DNA of 64,000 nt from a virus: the IMG/VR virus record IMGVR_UViG_3300049979_000188; one strand, written 5' to 3'. Shown here piece by piece: positions 8,170 through 17,359 of the stretch; position 1 is the first letter of the stretch, and each line of letters starts with the position of its first letter. The notes beneath the pieces were generated by a model. It did not search any database and had not been told where the DNA came from. It saw nothing but the letters and a program-made list of their open reading frames with translations. A program made the position numbers and the translations under genes.

Positions 8170-9609
8170 TTAACGTACGCCAGCTAAGGCCGCTAACCGT
8201 GCTATTTTTACTTCCTGCGGTACGCGTTGTCCGTATTTGGGGCACTGCTCATAGTAGTAGCGGCGGCTTGATTCGGTGAGTAGACTCAGCGTAGTTTCAG
8301 GCACCGGGCGGCGGGCTTGCAACTCTTGCAGCAAGTAGGCCCGCTGCGCCGAAGGCTGGGCTTGGTTGATAAGGCCAGGCCCAACGGGCAGACTCGCTTC
8401 CTTGAGCAACGAAGTCGCCGCGGCCGTATTCACGGCTGGCGACTTGGCGCTACCAAACCACGTGGCCACTGCACTGGCCGCTGGTGGCCATACGGACCCG
8501 TTAGGGGTACTTCCTGTTCCGGATTGCGTGGTATCGGTCAGGGGGTAGGCACTCAGCCAGGCGGCGGGGTGCTGCTTGTCGACGCGGTTGTAGCGCCAAA
8601 ATAAAGTGGCCGCGCGCCGGCGCTGGGCTTCGGTACTAACTGCCGCTTGTTCGTCGGTGAGCATGTGGGCACGCGAAATATAGAGGTCTCGTATAGCCGG
8701 GGAGGCCCCCTCGTACTCCGGGTTGCTCAACGAATAGCCTAGCTTTAGGTAGGTGCTTTGCTGAGCTGGGTTCAGACTGGCAAAGGGTACTCGCTTTTCA
8801 GTGGGTACTTCCGGGCTGGCAGCTCGTGCCTGAGCCACATCACTGCTCTCTTGGTCCGTAAGGGGAGTGGGGACAAACAAGTGACGCGCCTTTTCCAGGC
8901 CGGGCTTTGTGGCCAGGAACGCATCCAGGTTGCCCTTGAACTTGCGGGTACGGTAGTCCTCGGCGTTGTTGGCGAAGGTGAAGTCGTAGCCGCCGTCCGC
9001 CCGGGCCGAGATGACGGTGATGTGCGTGGGGTCGTAGGGGGAAACGCCCGTATCGTAAACAAAGAAATAGCTCGCGTTGTGCTTGGCGCGGTAATCGTGG
9101 TAAAAGTTGTTTTCGCGCCGCGAGATGCAAAACCCGTAGCGTTTGTTTTGCCCGTAGCGAATGCAGTCGTTTTCGTTATGGGCGACAAAAACCTTGTAGC
9201 GGCCGTCTTCCCAATCGGCGGGCGTTTCGTTTACGCTAAATTCGTCGCCCGCGCTCTGCGCCTGTTTCTTTTCCGTCTTTGCCGCGTAGGCCTGGGCTGC
9301 CTGCTCCAGGGCGCCGGCGCTCTTACTCTGGGCAATAATGCCGCTGCTATCGAGCCCTTTGCTACTTAAGGCCGCCAGCGCCCCGGCCGCGCGAAGAATG
9401 TCGTCCTGCGCGCTCGGGGATTGGCTGATAAGCGTCGCCAGGGTGCGAATCACTCCGCCCTGCTTGTTGGCCTTGAAATTAGCGGCCACGCCGCGGATGG
9501 CCTCAAATTGAGTCTCGCTCAGGCTGTCGGGACGTAGCCCGTATTTGGAGAGTAGTTCGGGGCTGAAAGCTTCGGAAAGCAGGCTCTCAGAAAAGGTGGT
9601 TGGTTGCAT
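8170..9609 (-). CDS. Large hypothetical phage protein
   Basis: Long ORF; likely ATG at 9609 just downstream of a TATATTTG box; contains CIRYG..YGFCIS..NFY.DY..YFF segment. Confidence 0.75.
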   Translation of the reverse strand: MQPTTFSESLLSEAFSPELLSKYGLRPDSLSETQFEAIRGVAANFKANKQGGVIRTLATLISQSPSAQDDILRAAGALAALSSKGLDSSGIIAQSKSAGALEQAAQAYAAKTEKKQAQSAGDEFSVNETPADWEDGRYKVFVAHNENDCIRYGQNKRYGFCISRRENNFYHDYRAKHNASYFFVYDTGVSPYDPTHITVISARADGGYDFTFANNAEDYRTRKFKGNLDAFLATKPGLEKARHLFVPTPLTDQESSDVAQARAASPEVPTEKRVPFASLNPAQQSTYLKLGYSLSNPEYEGASPAIRDLYISRAHMLTDEQAAVSTEAQRRRAATLFWRYNRVDKQHPAAWLSAYPLTDTTQSGTGSTPNGSVWPPAASAVATWFGSAKSPAVNTAAATSLLKEASLPVGPGLINQAQPSAQRAYLLQELQARRPVPETTLSLLTESSRRYYYEQCPKYGQRVPQEVKIARLAALAGVR

Positions 9610-9613
9610 GGGG

Positions 9614-9621
9614 CAAATATA
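9614..9621 (-). promoter_or_regulatory. Bacteroidota housekeeping-type -7 box TATATTTG
   Basis: Matches TAnnTTTG, 4 nt upstream of the ATG at 9609; -33 element not clear. Confidence 0.45.
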
Positions 9622-9627
9622 CAAAGG

Positions 9628-9655
9628 GTAACGCCAAGTCTGTTTTTTGCGTAAA
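9628..9655 (+). promoter_or_regulatory. ECF-type promoter motif GTAAC-N17-CGTAAA upstream of the sbcD-sbcC fusion
   Basis: Exact motif; TTG start at 9683. Confidence 0.7.
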
Positions 9656-9682
9656 CAGTGCGTATAAATACCCGATAACACC

Positions 9683-12600
9683 TTGAAAAAACGCATTGCG
9701 CACTTAGCCGATATTCACATTGCCCGCAGTCCCTTGCGGCATGCCGAGTACCAGCAGGTCTTCTCCCGAACCGCCCGCCTGCTGCAAAGCGAAGCACCGG
9801 ACGTGATTGTGTTGACCGGAGACTTGTTCAACGACTACATTGCCGCCAGTAACGAGTCGACCCAGCTGGCCGGTAATTTTTTACGCAGCCTCTCGGCCAT
9901 TGCGCCCGTGGTACTCACCCGGGGTAACCATGATTACGACAAGTTTCGGCAAAACCGCATTGACTCGGTCAAGCCCGTGGTCGACTTGCTGGCCACCGAC
10001 CAGCTGCGTTACTTTAACAAGTCCGGTTTTTACCGCGACGATAACCTTATCTGGGTTGTCTGGCACCACGGGGATGAGCTCTCGCCCTGGAACGTGGCCC
10101 TGACCGCCCGTAAACAGGGGTATCCGGCTGATTTTTACGCTGACGACATCGAGCAGCTACTCAACCAATACGGGGATTTTGATGGCGTGCGGGCCGCAGG
10201 CTACACGCTAATCGACCTCTTCCATGACCCGGTGACCGGGGCCAAAGCCAGCAACGGGGAAGTATTTCGGGACGGTGCCTATTTGCGCCAAAGCGATTTG
10301 CAGGGCGATTACGCCCTGCTGGGTGACATTCACCTGCGCCAGTTCTTTACCCGGCCGGGTCAGCATCAGCCCTTTGCCGGCTACCCTGGCTCTTTGATTC
10401 AGCTGCACTTTGGCGAGGCCGAAACCGGACACGGATACTTGCTTTGGGACATTGAGGCCGATACGGTACGGGCGGTCGATGTACCCAACGACGTGTGTTA
10501 CTATACCGTTGTGGTGGAGCCAGGCACCGAGTACGATGCCTTGAGTCTGGTCTTGCCCGAGCCGACGGCCCCGGTGCCCCACGTGCGCATTTACTGGCGG
10601 GATAATTCCCTGCAGCAGACCCAGGCCAATAAAACCAAGCTGCGAAAATACTTCCGCGAGCGCTACGCCGCCGATGTGACGTTCGACCCGCACCCCGTTG
10701 ACCAGCGGCAGCTGCAGGCCGGGCGAGTGGGTACGGACCTGGACCAGCTTGACTTGACGGATGCCGGTTTGCAGCGTACGCTAATTACGGAGTATCTGGA
10801 GAGTAATGCCATCCCCCAGGAGCAGATTGTGTCCCTGCTTGAACTCGACGATACCATTACCGAGCGGTTGCGAATTGCGGATTCAAGCGAAGACGGCAAT
10901 TTACTCAGTGGCGATAGTAACGGGGAAGTGCGTCTGCTTAATCTGCGCATTGATAATTTCCAGTCCGTGGATGAGCTCACCCTCGACTTGCAGGCCCATC
11001 CTGGTCTTTGGCAAATTACGGGGCCTAATGAAACGGGCAAAACAACGGTGCCCATGGCCCTGCTTTACCTTAAATTTGGTAATACGCTGGGCACGGTGGT
11101 ACTTAAAAATGGGGAAATTAAAACACGCCCGGAAAAAAACGGCGATAACCGCTTTATCAACAACAAGCGCGATAAGGACTACTGCCAGGTTTCGGCTGAT
11201 TTTGAGGTAGCGGGTATCCTGGTACGGGCTACCCGTCGCTCGGAGCGCAAGTGGAAGCGTACCAAAGCTGATGAGCCCCGGCAAATAAGTAAAGTCTCCA
11301 CTGATTACCGGCTTGAACTCCTAACGTCTGACTTTCAGGTTGACCAAGATGTGAGCGTGGACAAGCGCCGGCGTACGGAGCGACTGGCCACGCAGGCATT
11401 TGGTACGTTCGACGACTTTCTGCGGCAGTCTTTTTTCTCGGCCGATACGATGAGTGGGCTGCTCTCCTTGGACCGGGCCGTCTTTATTGACACCTTGCTG
11501 CGTGACCTGCGCCTGGACCAGTACGAGCGCAAACTTAAAGTTTTCCGGGAGTGGAAAACCGAAGTCGGTAAGCGTCAGACCCGGCTGGTGCTTGACCAGG
11601 CAATCGAGGAAGGGAAGCTTCGGGCTACGGAAGCCAGCTTGGTGGAAGCCCGCGCGCAGCTACTCACCTTGCAGCAGCGTCAGCTCGCCCTTACCAGTGC
11701 GCTAAGTCGGGGCCAGCAGCAGCAAGCTAGCCTACACCAACAGTTTCAGCCCATGCCGGTCGAAGTAGGTGATACGCCCGAGCAAGTACTTCGTCAGCAG
11801 GTGCACGATGCCCTTGCCAGCGTGCATGCCCACGGCACTAAGGAGCAGGACTTACTGGTGCGTTGCCAGCAATTGCCCGCCACCTACGACGAAGTGCGCT
11901 ACCAGTCCCTACGAGCTCAAGTAGATGATTCTCAGGGTTGGGTTCGGAGCCAGGAGCTCGAAATCGAGCGCTTGGGTAATCAAGTCGACGCGCACCTCAA
12001 CAGCATTGTCCACCTCAAGGGCATGCTTGCCTTGACTAAGGAGAAGGCCGATGCCGTTAAGAAACGCTACGAGCGGGACGTGCAGGCCCTGGAAGCGGAG
12101 CTGCTGCGTCAGGACCGCGAGATTAGTCAGCTCGAACAAAGCACCGTCTGTCCTACCTGCCAGCAGCCCAAGTCTGCCGCCGCCGTAGCCGCCATCGAAC
12201 AGGAAGTAAGTCGTCGCCGTACCGCTCGGGGGTTGCACGAGCAGCGGCAACGAGCGGAGCTGCTCGCCGCGCGTGACCAGGAACTCGACGGTATGCGCGA
12301 GTCTTATCGCAGCTACCAGCAGCAGCTTACGGTCCAGCAGGAGCCCAAACAGCAGCTGGTAGACCAGCAGCAGGCCTTGCGAGCCGGTATTACGGCCCGT
12401 CAGCTTGAGTACGCTGACATGGGCCAGGAATTGGCTAGTCTGGACAAAGTGCGCCTTGACGTGGAACGTCGTCGAGAACTGGAGCTAAGTGGAGCGCGCT
12501 TTCCGCTTATTCGCGAGGAGCTCGAATTGCTGGTGCGTCAGAGTCGCGAACGGTTGGCCATTTTTGAGCAAGCGGAGAAAGTTCGCAAGGATAATCAGAA

Positions 12601-13255
12601 AGTGCGTGAGCAGCTTGCCCAGCTTGCCCAGCGGCAGCAGGAGCAGCAAAGCGAGCTGCGTCAGGTAGAAACCGAGTGCATTCGCCTGGAGCAGGCCTTC
12701 ATCCCTCGCCAGGAGCAGGAGCAAACCCAGCTTACGGACCGTTTGCTTAAGTACGGTGAGCAGCAGCAGCGCGAGCACGTGTGGAGCATTTACGAAAAAT
12801 GCATGAGCCGCGAGGGCTTGCCCATGCAGCTGCTTCGCCGGGCCCTGGGTCCCATCAATGAGCAAATGGCGGAGCTGCTTGAGGGACTTTGCTTTACCAT
12901 CTACCTGGACGAGGACCTGGAGTTCCGCATGCTCGACCACCGGGTAGCGGGTGTTGACCAGCACATTCTGCAGGGCTCGGGTATGGAACGCACCTTTGCT
13001 TCCCTGGTTCTGCGCCTGGGCCTGCGCCGGCTCAATCACCGTGCCCGCTGGAATATTCTTATTATGGACGAACTGCTGGGCAAGCTCGATGCCGAGGCGA
13101 CGGTGCGTTACGCCGAGCTGCTGCGTACGGCTACCATGAGCATTGAGCACGTCTTCGTTATCGAGCACCACGGCGAAGGGATTCTACGACCGGACCACCT
13201 GCTCAAAGTGCATGCTTATAAGGGGGTGAGCAAGTACCAGCTGAGTCTCAATTAG
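9683..13255 (+). CDS. sbcCD: Fused SbcD (Mre11) nuclease - SbcC (Rad50) ATPase
   Basis: HLADIH, GDLFN, GNHD, LGDIH and YPGSL phosphoesterase motifs; Walker A GPNETGKTT; CPTC zinc hook; coiled coil; QGSGME signature; Walker B IMDELLGKLD; IEHH. Confidence 0.92.
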   Translation: MKKRIAHLADIHIARSPLRHAEYQQVFSRTARLLQSEAPDVIVLTGDLFNDYIAASNESTQLAGNFLRSLSAIAPVVLTRGNHDYDKFRQNRIDSVKPVVDLLATDQLRYFNKSGFYRDDNLIWVVWHHGDELSPWNVALTARKQGYPADFYADDIEQLLNQYGDFDGVRAAGYTLIDLFHDPVTGAKASNGEVFRDGAYLRQSDLQGDYALLGDIHLRQFFTRPGQHQPFAGYPGSLIQLHFGEAETGHGYLLWDIEADTVRAVDVPNDVCYYTVVVEPGTEYDALSLVLPEPTAPVPHVRIYWRDNSLQQTQANKTKLRKYFRERYAADVTFDPHPVDQRQLQAGRVGTDLDQLDLTDAGLQRTLITEYLESNAIPQEQIVSLLELDDTITERLRIADSSEDGNLLSGDSNGEVRLLNLRIDNFQSVDELTLDLQAHPGLWQITGPNETGKTTVPMALLYLKFGNTLGTVVLKNGEIKTRPEKNGDNRFINNKRDKDYCQVSADFEVAGILVRATRRSERKWKRTKADEPRQISKVSTDYRLELLTSDFQVDQDVSVDKRRRTERLATQAFGTFDDFLRQSFFSADTMSGLLSLDRAVFIDTLLRDLRLDQYERKLKVFREWKTEVGKRQTRLVLDQAIEEGKLRATEASLVEARAQLLTLQQRQLALTSALSRGQQQQASLHQQFQPMPVEVGDTPEQVLRQQVHDALASVHAHGTKEQDLLVRCQQLPATYDEVRYQSLRAQVDDSQGWVRSQELEIERLGNQVDAHLNSIVHLKGMLALTKEKADAVKKRYERDVQALEAELLRQDREISQLEQSTVCPTCQQPKSAAAVAAIEQEVSRRRTARGLHEQRQRAELLAARDQELDGMRESYRSYQQQLTVQQEPKQQLVDQQQALRAGITARQLEYADMGQELASLDKVRLDVERRRELELSGARFPLIREELELLVRQSRERLAIFEQAEKVRKDNQKVREQLAQLAQRQQEQQSELRQVETECIRLEQAFIPRQEQEQTQLTDRLLKYGEQQQREHVWSIYEKCMSREGLPMQLLRRALGPINEQMAELLEGLCFTIYLDEDLEFRMLDHRVAGVDQHILQGSGMERTFASLVLRLGLRRLNHRARWNILIMDELLGKLDAEATVRYAELLRTATMSIEHVFVIEHHGEGILRPDHLLKVHAYKGVSKYQLSLN

Positions 13256-13256
13256 G

Positions 13257-13284
13257 GTAACGTAGCCCCTGAAAAACCCGTAAA
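13257..13284 (+). promoter_or_regulatory. ECF-type promoter motif GTAAC-N17-CGTAAA
   Basis: Exact motif immediately after the sbcCD stop; ATG at 13306. Confidence 0.7.
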
Positions 13285-13305
13285 CCGAGTATATCCACGT
13301 ACTTT

Positions 13306-13923
13306 ATGCGAGAACGCCGCGAAATTATCAAACTGGCCGGTCAGCTGCAGCAGGGAAGCCCGCTGCAGCCTAGCGCCCTGGCCAAATTCATCGAAGACCA
13401 CCAGCTCAGCAGTGAGGAAGTAGCCATGCTTCAAGGGGAGCTTATTAGCAACATTGTCGTCTTGTTCAGTACCCAGCAAGCCACGACGGCCCTGCTGCGT
13501 CAACATAAGCCCGTAGCCGTTACTGCGCCAAGCCCCAGTGTGCCTAGCTTGGCGCAGTTACCCGACGAGTTGCTCAGCGAGGCCATTGGCCAGCCGCTCT
13601 ACCAGGCCGGTGACCCCGTGCCTTGGTACGGAACTTACCAGCGTCGACTCGGCACCGGCCTGTATGTGAAGCGTAGTGACGGCTCAGGGCCCATGGATGC
13701 GCAACTCGAAAGCCTCTACTCGTTTCCCTATGACCCGCAGGCCTACAAGCAGGCCCGGGCCGGAGGCTTCGTGCGCTACTACTACCCCAGCAAGGGCCTG
13801 GACTTGGTTCACGTAGACCAAATCGCCCTTATCGACGCCAATACCGGCTCCTTGCAGCTCAGCAATGGCAAACTTATTCCGCTTACCTACATCACGGGTA
13901 TTTTCGACAAGAACCTCTCATGA
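13306..13923 (+). CDS. Hypothetical protein
   Basis: 205-aa ORF; stop overlaps the next start (ATGA). Confidence 0.75.
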   Translation: MRERREIIKLAGQLQQGSPLQPSALAKFIEDHQLSSEEVAMLQGELISNIVVLFSTQQATTALLRQHKPVAVTAPSPSVPSLAQLPDELLSEAIGQPLYQAGDPVPWYGTYQRRLGTGLYVKRSDGSGPMDAQLESLYSFPYDPQAYKQARAGGFVRYYYPSKGLDLVHVDQIALIDANTGSLQLSNGKLIPLTYITGIFDKNLS

Positions 13924-14849
13924 GTCAACCTAAAGAACCCACGCCGCTGCTCATGCTGCTGCTCGGTACGCCTGGCTACGTAACGGAGCCTGAAACCAAA
14001 CCATACCGTATCCTGCCCCTGCGCTACCAACGCGGTAACTTTCCCGGGGGAGAAGTATTTTTTCGACTCGACCACCCCGATTACGTAACGGGTAAACCCG
14101 TACTCGTAACGGCCCGTTTGCGCAGTAGTGACGACGTAATGGCTTTGCTTATGGCCACCGATGCCCTGCGCCGGCTTTACCCGGCTAGTCTCACCCTTAA
14201 ACTCTTTTACCTGCCCTATGGGCGCCAGGACCGGGTTGCCGTGGAAGGCGAATCGCTCTCGGTTGCCGTGATGGGGGAACTGCTTAAAAACTTGCCCTAC
14301 GAAAGCATCTTCGTGCTCGAACCCCATAGCGACGGGTCGGCCATTGCCTTGGGGCCCAAGGCTACCATGCTTACCAATAACAGCGTAGGCTACGCCCAGT
14401 TCGTGCGCCACAGCCTCCTGGAGCAAGGCCTTACCCCCGATAAGGTTGTCTTGGTAAGTCCGGACGCGGGGGCCGCCAAACGCCAGGTTCGCATGAGCCA
14501 GGATTTGCAGCTCTTTGACGTAGCCGAAGGCAAAAAGCACCGCGATTTGGAAACTAACCGGTTAACGGGCTTTGGCGTTGACCGGGAAGACTTCCAGGGT
14601 AAAGTTGCCCTTATTGTCGATGACCTCTGCGACGGGGGAGGCACATTTGTGGGCCTGGCTAAGGTTTTGCGCGAACGGGGGGCTTCGGCCGTGCACCTGA
14701 TGGTCACGCACGGGCTTTTCCCCAAAGGACTCGCTATTTTTCAGGGCCTCATCGACGTGGTGTACTCCACCAACTCCTACCGTGATTTTGACGACTTAGC
14801 CCCGGTAGAGGGCGTGCGCTTTCTGGCGTACAAGCTCCAACTATTCTAA
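13920..14849 (+). CDS. prs: Ribose-phosphate pyrophosphokinase-like protein (candidate NARP1 Adps)
   Basis: FPGGE, YLPYGRQDRV, VSPDAGA and PRPP-binding IVDDLCDGGGTF; adjacent to a Nampt-like gene. Confidence 0.9.
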   Translation: MSQPKEPTPLLMLLLGTPGYVTEPETKPYRILPLRYQRGNFPGGEVFFRLDHPDYVTGKPVLVTARLRSSDDVMALLMATDALRRLYPASLTLKLFYLPYGRQDRVAVEGESLSVAVMGELLKNLPYESIFVLEPHSDGSAIALGPKATMLTNNSVGYAQFVRHSLLEQGLTPDKVVLVSPDAGAAKRQVRMSQDLQLFDVAEGKKHRDLETNRLTGFGVDREDFQGKVALIVDDLCDGGGTFVGLAKVLRERGASAVHLMVTHGLFPKGLAIFQGLIDVVYSTNSYRDFDDLAPVEGVRFLAYKLQLF

Positions 14850-14873
14850 TTTTTCACTTTTTCAGCCCTTACT

Positions 14874-15704
14874 ATGTGGTTAGGCTCCCTGCTTCACACC
14901 GACGTCTATAAAGTCGGCCACGAAGCCCAATACCCGGAAGACATCACCAAAATCTACTCGACGCTGGTGGCCCGGTCCGGGAAAACCTACCCGGCCTCCG
15001 TTCAATTCGGCGACAGCTTCTACTTGAAGGAATACCTGATGAACGGCATCAAGCGCGGCGACGTGCAGCAATTTATGCTGCTGGCTGACGCCATCCTGGG
15101 CCCGGGTAAAGTTAAACCCGCCGACTTCTACAAACTTCAGGAGCTAGGTTACTGGCCAGTGGAAATCAAGAGCTTACCCGAGGGCTCGCTGGTACGCACC
15201 GGGAACGTACTCACGAGCTACGAGAGCACCAACAAGGACTTGCCCTGGGTGGGTGGCTTTTTGGAAGGCCTTACCCTTAAAGTGTGGAACTCCTCGACGG
15301 TGGCCACTAATTCGTTCCGCTTGCGTAAGGTGGTGGAGCTCTTTGCCGAGCGCACTGCTGAGACAATGGACCACGTGGACTACCAGATTCACGATTTCGG
15401 CTACCGCGGCTGCTCTTCGGAGGAAACGGCCGCCATTGGCGGGGCTGCCCACTTGCTGTCTTTCCGGGGCACGGACACGATTCCCGGGGTGGCCCTGCTC
15501 GATACGTTCTACAACGTGGATAACTCGACGCCGCTCTCGGCCATCGGTAACTCCGTACCGGCTTCTGAGCACAGTGTAGCTTGCGCCTGGTCGGGCACTC
15601 AGGCTAAGTACGTAGACAGCGTGGAAGAAATCTTTGACGAAGTCACTGGTCGCTGGCTTGTGAGTCACTATCTGAAAGATGGTAAAGTCGTGTCGAACGT
15701 GTAA
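14874..15704 (+). CDS. nadV: Nicotinamide phosphoribosyltransferase-like protein (candidate NARP1 Namat), N-terminal part
   Basis: LHTDVYKVGH..QYP, HDFGYRG, HLLSFRGTDT and SVPASEHSV; ends at TAA 15702-15704 before the C-terminal half. Confidence 0.88.
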   Translation: MWLGSLLHTDVYKVGHEAQYPEDITKIYSTLVARSGKTYPASVQFGDSFYLKEYLMNGIKRGDVQQFMLLADAILGPGKVKPADFYKLQELGYWPVEIKSLPEGSLVRTGNVLTSYESTNKDLPWVGGFLEGLTLKVWNSSTVATNSFRLRKVVELFAERTAETMDHVDYQIHDFGYRGCSSEETAAIGGAAHLLSFRGTDTIPGVALLDTFYNVDNSTPLSAIGNSVPASEHSVACAWSGTQAKYVDSVEEIFDEVTGRWLVSHYLKDGKVVSNV

Positions 15705-16347
15705 GCAGGAAAAACCATTAACTGAGTTTTCTCGCTATGCGCAAGCTGCTGATGGCTTACGTCCTGTGTGCAAGTGTTGCATTAATGCGTACAACAGACA
15801 AAAACGTGCTGAGCACCTCCACCAATACCAAACAGGTCAACGGAAACGCTATCAACTAAATCCCCAAAAATTTCGAGCTGAGAAACTGGTTTATGAGGCC
15901 GAGCACAAAGCTGAAAAAGCAGCCTACGATAAAGTTTATCGTCAACGAAACGCTCTTAAACAGGCACAAGCTAAACGAGAGTGGACTGAACGGAATCGCA
16001 CCAATCCACTTGTAAAGCTTAAACGGAATTTACGTCGCCGATTACATCATGTACTCGCTGGCACCAATAAGGCCGCCAGCACCATGGAATTAATTGGCTG
16101 TACAATTGACGAACTACGAAGCCACCTTGAAGGGCAGTTTACCGCGCTAATGAGTTGGGATAACTACGGGCCATACGGCTGGCATGTCGACCATCGACAA
16201 CCTTGTTACACATTTGATTTAACAGACCCTGACCAACAACGCGTCTGTTTCCATTTTAGTAATTTACGACCGCTTTGGTGGTTAGAAAACGTTTCTCGGC
16301 CTCGGCCTAAACACTATGCATCAAACTCGCATCCGTCTACTCAGTGA
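15679..16347 (+). CDS. HNH-type homing endonuclease inserted in the Nampt gene
   Basis: N-terminal CxxC...CxxC zinc finger; C-terminal MSWDNYG..GWHVDHRQPC..FDL....Q..CFHFSNLRPLW..EN; visibly AT-richer; overlaps both Nampt halves in a third frame. Confidence 0.85.
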   Translation: MVKSCRTCKQEKPLTEFSRYAQAADGLRPVCKCCINAYNRQKRAEHLHQYQTGQRKRYQLNPQKFRAEKLVYEAEHKAEKAAYDKVYRQRNALKQAQAKREWTERNRTNPLVKLKRNLRRRLHHVLAGTNKAASTMELIGCTIDELRSHLEGQFTALMSWDNYGPYGWHVDHRQPCYTFDLTDPDQQRVCFHFSNLRPLWWLENVSRPRPKHYASNSHPSTQ

Positions 16348-17350
16348 GCGTGAAACGCTCCAGTATGGAGAGTACCGTTATTTCGAGAACATGCTTGACC
16401 TTTACCCCACCGGTATTGTTAGCGTGGTATCCGATACGTATGACCTCTGGCATGTCATAACGAATTACCTGCCGCGGCTAAAATCGCGCATTCTAGCTCG
16501 CGATGGTAAGCTTGTTCTTCGCCCTGATTCAGGGGACCCTGAGCTGATTCTGCTCGGTGACCCGAATGCGCTTGAAGGCTCACCAGCTAACCTCGGGGTA
16601 CTTGAACTACTCTGGAATGAATTCGGTGGTACCATTAATACCAAGGGCTACCGCGTACTTGACCCGCGTATCGGCGTTATCTACGGCGATGGCATCTACT
16701 ACGAGCGCCTGGTGCGCATTCTAGTGGGCATGGAACGCAAGGGCTATGCTACGGTTATCCCGTTCGGCATCGGCGGGCTGCTGCTCCAGCAGTTTAGTCG
16801 CGATACGCTCGCCTTTGCTATCAAGGCTACCTACGTGGAGGCGAATGGTGAGGGGCGTGACATCATGAAGGACCCCATTACCGACCACGCTAAAAAGTCC
16901 TTCAAAGGCCGCGTAGTCGTCACGCGTGACCCCATTACGCAAGAGTACGTAACGCGTGACCAGGTAAGTCAGGAAGAAGCGGCCGGTGGGTTGCTGCAGC
17001 TTATCTACCGCAACGGGGTGCTCTACAACAGCCCCAGCCTGGCTGAAATTCGGACCCGACTGGCCGCTGAACCCCTGCCGGCCGGCTTCGTGCCAACGAT
17101 GGAGGAGCTCTATGCCCTGGCCGACGCTACTCCGCTCTCGCGCTACCAGACAAAATCGGATACCGCGCCGCTGAGTTTTGAAACAGTTCGCAACTGGCTG
17201 GCTACGCAAGGTGCCGACTTTACGCAAGCGCAGGTAGCGGAAGTGCTGATGGCATTGGGCGTAGCTGAAACTACGACTGAGGAGGCTGATTCGGCGCTTA
17301 ACCCGGCCCCGGAAGGGAAACCGGGTTCGCAGAAAGCTCGTCGTAAGTAG
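16316..17350 (+). CDS. nadV: Nampt-like protein, C-terminal part with an extra tail
   Basis: YPTGIVSVVSDTYD, LVLRPDSGDP, GVIYGDGI, FGIGG.LLQ, RDTLAFAIKAT and KDPITD..KKSFKG. Confidence 0.88.
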   Translation: MHQTRIRLLSERETLQYGEYRYFENMLDLYPTGIVSVVSDTYDLWHVITNYLPRLKSRILARDGKLVLRPDSGDPELILLGDPNALEGSPANLGVLELLWNEFGGTINTKGYRVLDPRIGVIYGDGIYYERLVRILVGMERKGYATVIPFGIGGLLLQQFSRDTLAFAIKATYVEANGEGRDIMKDPITDHAKKSFKGRVVVTRDPITQEYVTRDQVSQEEAAGGLLQLIYRNGVLYNSPSLAEIRTRLAAEPLPAGFVPTMEELYALADATPLSRYQTKSDTAPLSFETVRNWLATQGADFTQAQVAEVLMALGVAETTTEEADSALNPAPEGKPGSQKARRK

Positions 17351-17359
17351 TACCTCATC

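Noticed and set aside
15679-16347. Group I intron, intein or ribosomal hop restoring Nampt
   Set aside because: The HNH ORF overlaps both halves and leaves no space for a ribozyme core. There are no intein termini, the frames differ, and no matching GTG landing codon exists in the downstream frame. A cryptic intron is not fully excluded without RT-PCR.
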